Shown here piece by piece: positions 11,001 through 19,302 of a stretch of DNA of 64,000 bases (within the stretch, counting starts at the first letter, position 1; every line of letters starts with the position of its first letter). Origin of the DNA: an uncultured Eubacteriales bacterium (GTDB taxonomy: Bacteria > Bacillota > JAAYKD01); NCBI GenBank assembly GCA_964425745.1, contig CAYRNW010000012.1, positions 250 to 64,249 of the forward strand. The letters are read 5' to 3'. The position numbers and the translations under genes are program-made. The notes under the pieces were generated by a model. The model was given only the letters and a program-made list of their open reading frames with translations, had not been told where the DNA came from and did no database searches.

Positions 11001-14000
11001 TTGCTCCCCTGCCGGGGTATATTCTCCAACTCTTGTTATGGGCCTTTTCCCAATCTGAGCGGTGGCATTTGATCTGAATACTCCACCAAAATTCCCGGTA
11101 CCAGCAATCTCGACCTTAATATACTTTAGATAATCTTCTACCGTTGTATAATATGTAGAAGCTGTAGCTCCGGGTATGGGGATATAAGTACCCCCAGAGG
11201 TATTTGATCTATACCATTGGTACGTCACAGTTGCTCCGCTTGGCGAGACCGACGTGGCGTTCAACGTCCGATTCACTTGGAATCGATTTCCGGATTCGGT
11301 TATCACCACATTCGTAACACTCGTCAGAGGGGTGTCTATCACTGGACCAATAGCACTACTTGTGATGGTGCCGGTATAGAAACCCGTTCCTTCTACCTTC
11401 ACTTTGATATAAGAAGTTAGATCCTCGGTTGTTAAGGTATACGTTTCTGTATTGGCTCCATCAATGGCTGAATAACTACCTTCCAGAGTCGAAGCTCTCA
11501 TCCATGTATAGGTTGCAGTTGCCGATACAGGGGTAATCGCTCCCGCCGTTACAACTGAGCCAACCGTTCTACTCCCACTTATAGAAGACAACGCAGCTAA
11601 AGCTCCCTTACCGATGAGTGAAGTCGGTTCACTCTCGGCCCAGCCATAATACCCTCCCGAACCTGTAATTACGACCTTTAAATAATGGTTAAAATCTTGA
11701 TCCGTCAAACGATACGTTGAAGCAGTCGCACCTAAGATTGCTGAATACGTCTCGGCATTGGCTGCGCGACGATACCATTGATATGTTACCGAAGCACCAA
11801 AAGGAGTGGTTGTTCCTGCGCTCAATAAGTTGCTTACGGTTGGATCTCCTACGATAGGACTAATCGCCGTGATTTTGCTTGGGTCTTCTTTCAGGGGACC
11901 GAAGAAATAACTATCGACTGAACCAGTGAATCCTTTCGATTCATCCCCACTGACTCTGACTTTGTAATAATATTTCTCTTGACCTGTAGGAGTTGTGAAC
12001 TCGTCTGGAAATTTGTAATAATAGTCTGTTGCTCCGGTTATATCGTAAAAGGTAGCTGTTAATGGAGTTCTAGAACTGGTATACATCCACTGATAGGTAA
12101 CAGCGGCACCAGCAGGAGTTACTTCTCCGGCGAGCACTAACTCACTTAGAGCCGGTGTACCAATAATGTTTGCAACAGCTGTTATGGTTTGCATTCCCGT
12201 TACTAGCCTGCCTGTTACGGTTACGACACCTGTATAAGCTCCTGTTCCGGTTACCACGGGTCGAACGTACTTCTCAAAGTCATTTGCTGTTAAAACGTAG
12301 GAAGTATTAATGGCACCGCTGATGTTGCTAAAGTTGATATTATCTTCCGATCGTTGCCATTGAACACTATAGGTTGCACCGCTCGGTCCTACGGTACCGA
12401 TTGTAACCGTATCCCCTACCGATAAGGTTCCACTTGGAGTGAATCCTCCCATGGTGATCGTTTGCGGGACTGTACCACTGGGTTGAATCGCAAGAGTTGG
12501 TTGACTTTCAGCGGTTCCTTCATAGGAGCCGGTTCCGGTCACAAATAACTTAATTGTTTTCCCTAAATCATCTTCCGTCAGTAAATAACTACTCAGCGTT
12601 GCTCCGGGAATGTTGGTATAAGAAACCCCATCACTGCTTCGCTTCCATTGATATGTTACCGTGGCACCCACCGGAAGAATCCCACCGGAAGAAAGGGGTT
12701 GACCAACAATTGTTTGTCCCAAAATATTGCCCACAGAATCCACGGTTCCCAACATGATTTTATCGGTTGCATTACTTCTGACTTCATCGTAATACAACCC
12801 AAATCCGGTTGCTATAACTCTCATGTACTTGTTGTGGTCTGCACCGGTCAATGTATACGTCTTTTGAGTAGCTCCCGAAATCGCCTCGTAAGTACCATCG
12901 ATTTCTCCCGAACGTAACCATTGATAAGAAACCGTTGCTCCATAGGGGAAGACGACCCCGGCGGTTAAGATTTGACCCACTTGGGTTATACCGGTGATAT
13001 CACCTATGCCTTGAATCAAATTAGGATCTCCGGTTACGACCGGTCCTGTACTAATACTCGAAACGGTGTCAAAATAACCCTGATTACCCGTGACTGAAAC
13101 TTTGATACTCTTACCAAGATCAGCAGAGGTTATGATATATGTATTTGAAGTCTCTCCAACAATACTCGTATTATCGCTATACTTCCATTGATACGAAACA
13201 TTTGCACCGATTGGAAGTACTGTTCCTGCGGTTAACACTTGGCCCACTTGCGTCTTACCGATGACATTCGATATAGATTCGAGTGGTCGAGCCAGAACAG
13301 GACCAAAGAAAGCACTCGTAATTCCGCTTGGGGGGGTTGCATAAACTCCGGATCCCCAAACCGTCACTTTAAAGTACTTGTTTAAGTCCGCTGCTGTTGT
13401 GGTGTAAGTAGCTGAATTCGCACCACTAATTGCTGTATACGGTCCTCCGCTTACGTCGGCTCGTGACCATTGGTAGGTTACTGTTGCACCTAAAGGTGTC
13501 GTGTTTCCGGCTGTTAACATTTGACCCACTTGAGCGGTTCCACTAATAGTACCTACTGCAGTGATATTGGTAGGGGTAAGAACCACCGGACCAGAATATT
13601 GGCTTGTGACAGTTCCACTGTATAAATTGATTCCCGTGGCTTGAACTTTAATGAATAAACCGATGTCCGTCTCTGTCACTTGATACGTATTCGAATTTGC
13701 TCCTGCAATCGGGATATAGTTTTCACCATTGATATCTGATCGTAACCACTGGAAGTTCACAGTTGCTCCCGAAGGTAATACGGTGCCAGCAGTCAGAAGC
13801 TGACCGTTCGTTGCTGTTCCACTAATATTGCTAATGGACATCAAAGGAGCCGCAGTAATCGGTCCGGCATATCTACTTGTGACGGATCCGGTATATAATC
13901 CTGAACCTGTAGCGGTAACTTTGAAGTAAAATCCTTTGTCTGCTCCTGTTAGTACCAATGTTTGAGAGGTTGCACCTGAAATAGGTAAGTATATCCCATC

Positions 14001-15695
14001 CATCGAACTACTCTTCAACCATTGATATGTTACAGTTGCACCATAAGGGGAAACCGTTCCTGCTGTCAAAGTTTGAAATACCTGAGTTAAGCCAATACTA
14101 TCTGCAATTGAAGATAGATGGGTAAGTGTAGTCCCAGCGGCTGAGGGAACAATGTATTGACTTAGCACTGTACCATTATAAGCACCGGTTCCGATTGCTG
14201 CCACACGAATATAGGTATTGACATCGGAAGCACTCAAGGTATAGGTACTACTATTTGCTCCAATAACGGTGTATGATCCACTAGGATTCGTCGTGCTATA
14301 TCTTCTCCACTGATAATCTACCGTCGCTCCACTCGGTAAAACGGTACCGGCTGTTACAACTTGCCCTTGTATTGCGGAACCACTAATATTTCCAATGGAT
14401 TGTAATGGCATAGCAGCCACAGGTCCGAGAGCATTGCTGTCTAACGTGCCGGTGTAAGATCCGGAACCCGTCACAGTAACTCTAAGATGCTTTCCAAAAT
14501 AACTAGCTGCTATGGTATAGGTATTACCGGTTGCACCAGATATTATGTTCCATGGAGCACTTCCGTTATCGGAAAAATACCATTGATACGAGGCAGTTGC
14601 TCCACTAGGAGCAAGCGCTTCTACCGTAAGAGTCTGTCCTACTTGTGCCGTGCCGGTTATCGTTACAGGTGCCGTTAGAGAAATACCTGCTGTTACTACC
14701 GGTCCACTTCGTACCGAAGTGACCGTTCCAGAATAATCCCCGGTTCCGGTAGCAACGACTCGTACATATCGGTTTAGGTCTTCTGGATTCACTGGCACAT
14801 AGGTGGAACTCGTTGCACCTTCAATGTTGCTAAAAATACTACCACTGGTATCGGATCGTTGCCACTGATAGGTCACCTCTGCTCCTGAGGGAGTCAAAGG
14901 TCCCGCAGTTAAAGTATTCCCAATGGTGGTGGTTCCAACAATGGGGTCAAGATCGGTGATTTGAATTTTATCGCTGATAATAGGACCCATGCTGGCAAAT
15001 TCAGTTCCACTATAGGTGTTTGACCCGGTTGCATAGACACGCACAAATTTATCGATCATGGATTCGGTTAACAAGAGCGTGATATTGGTCGCTCCACTTA
15101 TATTGACGTAAGTCCCATTGAGAGTATCGGCAATCTTCCATTGGTAGGTAGCGGTGGCACCGGTGGGAAGCAAGCTGCCCGCAGTGACCGTTTGTCCTAC
15201 TACCGCATTGCCCTGGATAGCACCCATGGACTCCAAATCTATGGCGGCAACGACAACCGGGCCAACTGTAGAACTGTAAACAGTGCCGGAATACTCTCCG
15301 GTTCCTTTGACTGCGACTCGAATGTAATGATTATTGTTCTCAATATCCAAGTAGAACGTTTCTAACGTCGCATCAGGAATATCAATAAATTCTCCCTCCA
15401 GAGAATTGGCTCGTTGCCACTGTATCGTATAAGTGGATTCTTCATCCGTTACTACAGTGGCAGTCAATGTCTCATACTGGCGGGTTGTGCCTAATATGCT
15501 AATCTCCGCAACAAGTTCTTGTGCAAAATCAGCGGAGAAGAATGTCAAATCTGCCCCAACCGAATCCAAAACATATTTCGACAAAGAGGGACTGGAAGCA
15601 ACAAAAGAAACGATGAGTACAGTAGAAGTAAGCAGAAGCCCTAAAGCTCTGCCAAGTTTTGAAGAATGGTTGATCACCGTTCTACGTAACCTCAT
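8049..15695 (-). CDS. Giant secreted Ig-like repeat protein A (putative adhesin), 2548 aa
   Basis: SD AAGGAGG then ATG; hydrophobic signal ending SLS|KY. Twenty ~90-aa repeats (G-x-L-T-A-G...P-x-G-A-T-V-x-Y-Q-W...I-x-G-A-T...Y...D...Y-x-x-V...G-T-G-x-Y-x-G) resemble AIR9/A9-type Ig folds. Then 2x [APVLGATP domain + bacterial Ig group-3-like domain + AIR9-like domain]. No C-terminal LPXTG, SLH or TM segment. Confidence 0.92.
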   Translation of the reverse strand: MRLRRTVINHSSKLGRALGLLLTSTVLIVSFVASSPSLSKYVLDSVGADLTFFSADFAQELVAEISILGTTRQYETLTATVVTDEESTYTIQWQRANSLEGEFIDIPDATLETFYLDIENNNHYIRVAVKGTGEYSGTVYSSTVGPVVVAAIDLESMGAIQGNAVVGQTVTAGSLLPTGATATYQWKIADTLNGTYVNISGATNITLLLTESMIDKFVRVYATGSNTYSGTEFASMGPIISDKIQITDLDPIVGTTTIGNTLTAGPLTPSGAEVTYQWQRSDTSGSIFSNIEGATSSTYVPVNPEDLNRYVRVVATGTGDYSGTVTSVRSGPVVTAGISLTAPVTITGTAQVGQTLTVEALAPSGATASYQWYFSDNGSAPWNIISGATGNTYTIAASYFGKHLRVTVTGSGSYTGTLDSNALGPVAAMPLQSIGNISGSAIQGQVVTAGTVLPSGATVDYQWRRYSTTNPSGSYTVIGANSSTYTLSASDVNTYIRVAAIGTGAYNGTVLSQYIVPSAAGTTLTHLSSIADSIGLTQVFQTLTAGTVSPYGATVTYQWLKSSSMDGIYLPISGATSQTLVLTGADKGFYFKVTATGSGLYTGSVTSRYAGPITAAPLMSISNISGTATNGQLLTAGTVLPSGATVNFQWLRSDINGENYIPIAGANSNTYQVTETDIGLFIKVQATGINLYSGTVTSQYSGPVVLTPTNITAVGTISGTAQVGQMLTAGNTTPLGATVTYQWSRADVSGGPYTAISGANSATYTTTAADLNKYFKVTVWGSGVYATPPSGITSAFFGPVLARPLESISNVIGKTQVGQVLTAGTVLPIGANVSYQWKYSDNTSIVGETSNTYIITSADLGKSIKVSVTGNQGYFDTVSSISTGPVVTGDPNLIQGIGDITGITQVGQILTAGVVFPYGATVSYQWLRSGEIDGTYEAISGATQKTYTLTGADHNKYMRVIATGFGLYYDEVRSNATDKIMLGTVDSVGNILGQTIVGQPLSSGGILPVGATVTYQWKRSSDGVSYTNIPGATLSSYLLTEDDLGKTIKLFVTGTGSYEGTAESQPTLAIQPSGTVPQTITMGGFTPSGTLSVGDTVTIGTVGPSGATYSVQWQRSEDNINFSNISGAINTSYVLTANDFEKYVRPVVTGTGAYTGVVTVTGRLVTGMQTITAVANIIGTPALSELVLAGEVTPAGAAVTYQWMYTSSRTPLTATFYDITGATDYYYKFPDEFTTPTGQEKYYYKVRVSGDESKGFTGSVDSYFFGPLKEDPSKITAISPIVGDPTVSNLLSAGTTTPFGASVTYQWYRRAANAETYSAILGATASTYRLTDQDFNHYLKVVITGSGGYYGWAESEPTSLIGKGALAALSSISGSRTVGSVVTAGAITPVSATATYTWMRASTLEGSYSAIDGANTETYTLTTEDLTSYIKVKVEGTGFYTGTITSSAIGPVIDTPLTSVTNVVITESGNRFQVNRTLNATSVSPSGATVTYQWYRSNTSGGTYIPIPGATASTYYTTVEDYLKYIKVEIAGTGNFGGVFRSNATAQIGKRPITRVGEYTPAGEQSVNQSLVAFSIDPAEATVTYQWEISQGGGGGGGWNNIGVSTQSVLIPDRQPGNNASTVGRDIRVIITGTGAYTGTLGTTGTTVDIVAYSSLETLEAMGSIVGTSAVGQTLTAGAITPSGASAFVDYQWQRSLTPSGTFQNIAGATTNSYTIPAGDLNYYLRVVATGTGNYSGVLTSASTGPVISSGSFIQIASISDILYTTVPQLTLTAGTVSPMGATVTYQWKVASSLGGTYSNISGATSSVYTIPVNQALGSYFKVEVTGSGSYSGTALSNATGPVVVTPEELTSVQVSGINKVGETLSAVNLTAENLWPGDTYPTATYQWQVFTGPGGVFADIPGATGSTYTLQPAQYNYYVRVIATGSGAYTGSKFADTTSKIIGLLSSAQVTMASPVLGATPQTAAQVQSTTNHPDYEVTGLVWNEALTPLGKFKAGTAYTATVTLTSKNTKIFVSTPFTPMVASAASVGTTTTSGSDVGNTVSFTATFAPTGALMPTSISVTTQPTKLVYVETTDGVLALDGMVVTETNNDGTITTTIFTDGTAAGYTASPEDGSTLTGAQHDSSVTITHTASGKTATTANLFVEAPPSASNVTITGTAAANSALTGNYSYYDVNGDAEDTDTTYYEWFIDSVSVSAGAGSSYLSYTLTAADIGKTVLLEVTPAAASGSSTGAAVTSTTTLPVATNTITSASVNIVAPVLGTTPDTLENVETQTANDDYTVTGLTWNEALTAAGKFKADTVYTATVTLTSKNDSTFQWTFFTPTVTTASSVGTTTTSGLGIGNTVTFTVSFPQTGALAVDSLSIQAPPSDMSYVEMTDATLSLNGLVVTATHNDGSQIQVPFTDGVAAGYTADPAHGTVLTNADHDGQPITITHTDSSKTATTSNLAVQAQVAPVASSVSISGTAQVGQPLNGSYEYYDANSDSQGTSTFKWYADAVEIPSATTTTYVVQAGDVGKVIRFEVTPFAATGLTPGNPVQSDPTEAVVPN

Positions 15696-15745
15696 CGGTG
15701 CCCCTCCTTTCTTTGTTTTGTTAGGCCGATTGACTGCGGAAGAAG

Positions 15746-16261
15746 CTAATCGATTTGTTCCGCGTTAATGGTAATACGAATGGTCTGAGTTTTATTTGCA
15801 TATTCACTTCCTGTTTCTAATTCGTTCCAAACGATATTGAGCGTGTAGCTGTGAGTGATGTTTTCACCCATTCCTAAAATTGTCCAACCGTCTCCATCAG
15901 AAGGATACGATCCTACTAAGTTCTTAGTTAATGGTAGCACGTTTTCTGGCTCAACACTCACTTCAATCTTATATCTCAACAGAACCTCGTTCCTTATCTC
16001 GATCAAGTCCTCATTCTTAAAGTTACGAATTTGAAATTGATAAGCTACGGCATCCCCCGGCTTCACATTTTCAAAAGAAAGGCTTTCTTGCTGTAACCCA
16101 TTATACGTAGCTATCCCCGGAACATACTCCAGTACAGGCTTTGCAACCCTAGCCGTATCGGTTCCGTCGACTATGGTTCCATATTTCGAAAAGGATACGC
16201 CTGTCACCACGAGAGTGACAATAATTAGATAGACTAAATATAAAGGTAGCATTCGCCTCAT
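15746..16261 (-). CDS. SipW-cognate exported protein, TasA/camelysin-like minor subunit (putative)
   Basis: Signal ...VTGVSFS|KYGTIVDGTDTARVAK shares GTDTARVAK exactly with 18407..19234. It has VKPGD-x-x-x-Y-x-F and a C-terminal IRITINAEQ strand, and lies next to sipW. Confidence 0.75.
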   Translation of the reverse strand: MRRMLPLYLVYLIIVTLVVTGVSFSKYGTIVDGTDTARVAKPVLEYVPGIATYNGLQQESLSFENVKPGDAVAYQFQIRNFKNEDLIEIRNEVLLRYKIEVSVEPENVLPLTKNLVGSYPSDGDGWTILGMGENITHSYTLNIVWNELETGSEYANKTQTIRITINAEQID

Positions 16262-16285
16262 TTATCACAACCACATTTCTATTGC

Positions 16286-16789
16286 TTAAGAGTTTGATTT
16301 TCGTTTGTTGAGAAGATTGGGGACTTCCACCAGTGCAATCGCCGTTAGGGCAATCAATAGCAACCCGAAGGGAGTCTTCAAAAATAGTATAAAATTACCA
16401 AATCCCGGTATGGTGAAAACCACTTTCCCGTTAATTAGAGCTAATGGTGTTGGCTCATCGGTCGTATTGTTAGCATCGCCCTTGGTAATCATCTGGTCTC
16501 CTTCTATGGAAACGATACGATGTGTACAAAGACTGTTACCCCATTCATAGGTGACGATGTCACTGACCTGGTATTGGTTTTGCTCACGGATGATCAGCAA
16601 ATCACCTGCTGAAATCGTCGGTTCCATGCTTCCGGAGATGACAATGACTTGGCCGAATCCAAAAATGGTGGGCAACTCTTGTTTGAAAACTAACTGCATA
16701 GTAAGTAGATAAAGGTTACCGATCAAGATTATCGCAAGCATAGCTACTACAATTTTCTGACCGATACTTAAGATTTTATTCAAATTCAT
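16286..16789 (-). CDS. sipW: Signal peptidase I, SipW (S26B, ER-type)
   Basis: ISGSMEP (catalytic Ser), THRIV (His general base rather than Lys), TKGDANN; N- and C-terminal TM segments. Confidence 0.92.
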   Translation of the reverse strand: MNLNKILSIGQKIVVAMLAIILIGNLYLLTMQLVFKQELPTIFGFGQVIVISGSMEPTISAGDLLIIREQNQYQVSDIVTYEWGNSLCTHRIVSIEGDQMITKGDANNTTDEPTPLALINGKVVFTIPGFGNFILFLKTPFGLLLIALTAIALVEVPNLLNKRKSNS

Positions 16790-16804
16790 CGCATTCCTTA
16801 CCCG

Positions 16805-18265
16805 TTATTGTCCCGTAATCAAGATTTCTAAAATATACATGGGCGGATCGATTTGATTGCCTATGGCGGTATCGAGGGTGTTATTGGAAGCATCCCACTC
16901 CCACTCCAAGGTATAATACACCGAAGAGCTACGGGGTAATTGTGCAAACTCTACGATCTCAGATGCGGTTCTCCAAGCATTCCCACCTACATAATCATCG
17001 CCCACGATTCCTCGTTTTAATCGGTAAATCATGGGAATATTGGGCACGTTTGCATCGGAATCCTGAAGATCTATGGTGATATCTACATCAAACATTTGCG
17101 GATTACGGATTTTGAAAATAAATTTCCCATTGGATCCTGGAGCAATGACATTCTTTCCGTCAATACTCTGAACACCGTTGTTTCCTGCTCTCGGTGCAAA
17201 GATATCGACCGAGGTTACTTTCTGCCAAGTGCGACCGATCATGGTGTAATCATCGGAAACATAAATCCGAGGAGTCGTATCTTCTGGTGGATCCGGAGGT
17301 GGAGGCGGAGGTGGAGGCGGAGGGGGCGGATCAACTGGATCCGTTGGATTTGTTGGATCAGTGGGGTCTTCCGGATCTGTCGGGTCGGTTGGATCCGTTG
17401 GGTCCGTAGGATCTGTAGGATTGGTTGGATCTTCTGGTTCAATGGAACCACCTGGATTATCTGGATCGACCGGATCTTCAGGCTCTACAGGTTCTTCCGG
17501 ATCTGTCGGGTCCGTTGGATTGGTAGGATCAGTGGGGTCGGTCGGGTCTTCAGGTTCAATGGAGCCCCCAGGTTGATCCGGATCGTCTGGGTCTGCAGGG
17601 TTTACAGGATCCGTTGGACTAGTAGGTGTTTCAAAATCATTATCGAAGTCAAACTTGATAACTAAATCATCTCTGTTCTCTTCCCCTATACTAGTTCCGT
17701 TTTCTCTATTTGGGTCGATTTCTAAAATCACATTCAGAACTTGGACCTCTAAGGGGATTCGAATTAAATAACCACCGGCATCGAGCTTAATAATTTGTTT
17801 TACATTAATGAAGGCATCGAGAAGGAAGTTCACTTTGGTTGTTGCAAGAACAACACCATCGCTCACAACGCTAATCGTATGACTACCTTCTTCAACATCT
17901 AAAAATTCGAAACGACCAAGGGAGTCTGTTTCGGTGTAGCGAGGTTCACTACGCAACTCAATTGTGCCGTTGGCATAAGGTGTTCCATCTGTATATTGAA
18001 CGATTCCCACAACGTTAATCTGATAAATCGGCGTTGGATCTGGGGTTACCGTAGGTTGGCCAAAGTCAATGGTGATGGTATCGATAATCTGACCGGTGTA
18101 GTAGTCTCTATAGACGATTCGTCCGATTAAGTAACCAATCATGGAGGAGGTTAACATTAAAGAGAAAACGAGTAAGAGGATGAATCTGCGAAGCCTTCTG
18201 CGACGAATCTGTCCTGTCGTCTCTTCGGCTTCTTCATAGAGCGCTTCTTCCCAAAAAAACCTCAT
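16805..18265 (-). CDS. Membrane-anchored protein: N-terminal TM, carboxypeptidase-regulatory/prealbumin-like domain, Pro/Asp/Thr stalk, C-terminal TasA-like domain
   Basis: RRRRLRR followed by a TM helix; GxVxYTDGTP..RYTETDxxGxFxFxxVxxGxHxI motif; PTD repeats; C-terminal NVIAPGSNGKFIF, YTLEWEW and DTAIG match motifs of the 18407..19234 protein. Confidence 0.75.
   Translation of the reverse strand: MRFFWEEALYEEAEETTGQIRRRRLRRFILLLVFSLMLTSSMIGYLIGRIVYRDYYTGQIIDTITIDFGQPTVTPDPTPIYQINVVGIVQYTDGTPYANGTIELRSEPRYTETDSLGRFEFLDVEEGSHTISVVSDGVVLATTKVNFLLDAFINVKQIIKLDAGGYLIRIPLEVQVLNVILEIDPNRENGTSIGEENRDDLVIKFDFDNDFETPTSPTDPVNPADPDDPDQPGGSIEPEDPTDPTDPTNPTDPTDPEEPVEPEDPVDPDNPGGSIEPEDPTNPTDPTDPTDPTDPTDPEDPTDPTNPTDPVDPPPPPPPPPPPPDPPEDTTPRIYVSDDYTMIGRTWQKVTSVDIFAPRAGNNGVQSIDGKNVIAPGSNGKFIFKIRNPQMFDVDITIDLQDSDANVPNIPMIYRLKRGIVGDDYVGGNAWRTASEIVEFAQLPRSSSVYYTLEWEWDASNNTLDTAIGNQIDPPMYILEILITGQ
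17294..17630 (-). repeat. Imperfect 9-bp (Pro-Thr-Asp) tandem repeats, two GGSIEPEDPT modules and a 12-Pro run within the anchor gene
   Basis: Repeating gga-tc/ggg-tc units are visible in the DNA; the 12 consecutive Pro codons lie at 17294-17329. Confidence 0.9.
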
Positions 18266-18303
18266 ACAGATTCACCTCTCTTCTCGTGCCTTATGTAGAA
18301 TGA

Positions 18304-18339
18304 AACCCCGGCAGCTGGTTATAAACCTTTGCCGGGGTT
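18304..18339 (-). terminator. Intergenic stem-loop after the major subunit gene (partial terminator or mRNA stabiliser)
   Basis: 10-bp stem AACCCCGGCA/TGCCGGGGTT with only a short U tract on the minus strand. Confidence 0.55.
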
Positions 18340-18406
18340 ATTTGTTCCAGCTTCTTAATAACTCACCTGCATAGGGCTCGTTATAGGGGAGCTTAGTTTT
18401 GTTTAG

Positions 18407-19234
18407 TTAGTTGATTTGAGTAGCGGTGATTCGTAAATTCAAGGTCAATGACGGTGCATCATCAGTTAGGAACAAATCTCCCAAATCAGTATCTGCTTTG
18501 TCATAAGCAGCCAACTTAATTGTAGAATGTGGTACAACTACAGTCGCTGCAGAATCAGAATAGTATGTAGTTGCTGGGTTGTAAGGATTAGTGGCCAAAG
18601 TGGCTGGAGCAGTATAATACATAGCCACATTTGCTTTTGCAACTTCAACTTCTGACCAAGCTAAATATGTGCTGGACCATTCAAAAGGCCATTCCCAACC
18701 AATCGTGTAAGTTGTAGCAATCGATGCGTTAGCAATATAATCAACAGTTAATGAACTTAATTCTGATTCTAAGTCTGCCAAAGTGAAATATGTTTTCGCT
18801 CCCCATGCTGAACCAGTCCAGTAATTAGTCCCATTATAAATAGTCCAATTGAGCGGTTCATAAGCCTTAGTTGATACGAGCCAGTTATCCTTTATAGAGG
18901 AAGCTCCAAAAGAAACTCTTACGGCTACTTCAGGAATACCAGCTAAAGTAAAGGTATAACTCCCAGAAGTTCCTGGGGCTACTACATTCTCTGTTGATAT
19001 CACGGAATTTGGACCAAGCATGAAGGTTGCATCATCCTTGACATAAGTTAAGTCAAACATACCATCACCAGCAGAGTCAGCAGTAATGGTCACTCCCCAC
19101 TTCGCCACTCTGGCAGTATCTGTTCCGGTTGCTTCCGTCACATACTTAGCATAAGTGCTGGAAACCATAGGCATCGTCACTAAGGTCAATACCATAGCGA
19201 GTAAGCCTAATCTTAAAACCCAATTTTTTTTCAT
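18407..19234 (-). CDS. SipW-cognate exported protein, TasA/camelysin-like major fibre subunit (putative)
   Basis: SD GGAGGT then ATG at 19234 (ORF track starts at 19249). Signal ...VSSTYA|KYVTEATGTDTARVAKW resembles TasA TWA|AF and CalY TFA|FF. NVVAPGTSGSYTF, YTIGWEW and terminal LRITATQ motifs; directly follows sipW. Confidence 0.8.
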   Translation of the reverse strand: MKKNWVLRLGLLAMVLTLVTMPMVSSTYAKYVTEATGTDTARVAKWGVTITADSAGDGMFDLTYVKDDATFMLGPNSVISTENVVAPGTSGSYTFTLAGIPEVAVRVSFGASSIKDNWLVSTKAYEPLNWTIYNGTNYWTGSAWGAKTYFTLADLESELSSLTVDYIANASIATTYTIGWEWPFEWSSTYLAWSEVEVAKANVAMYYTAPATLATNPYNPATTYYSDSAATVVVPHSTIKLAAYDKADTDLGDLFLTDDAPSLTLNLRITATQIN

Positions 19235-19302
19235 TTTTCTTACCTCCATCTAATTTTTCTATTTGGAGACCGAATTATCGGTCAAATCCCCATGTGTCTT
19301 GT

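Noticed and set aside
290-14678. Many short ORFs on the plus strand and in alternative minus frames between 290 and 14678
   Set aside because: They are shadows of the two giant minus-strand genes: no SD, no family motifs, and composition mirroring the antisense of Thr/Gly/Ser-rich repeats.
17294-17630. Periodic GGATC/GGGTC repeats as a possible CRISPR array
   Set aside because: The period is 9 bp, the repeats are in-frame coding, there are no unique spacers and no cas genes.
17096-17665. Plus-strand ORFs rich in W/R/I or GSVGS repeats
   Set aside because: Antisense or off-frame translations of the PTD/poly-Pro repeat in the anchor gene.
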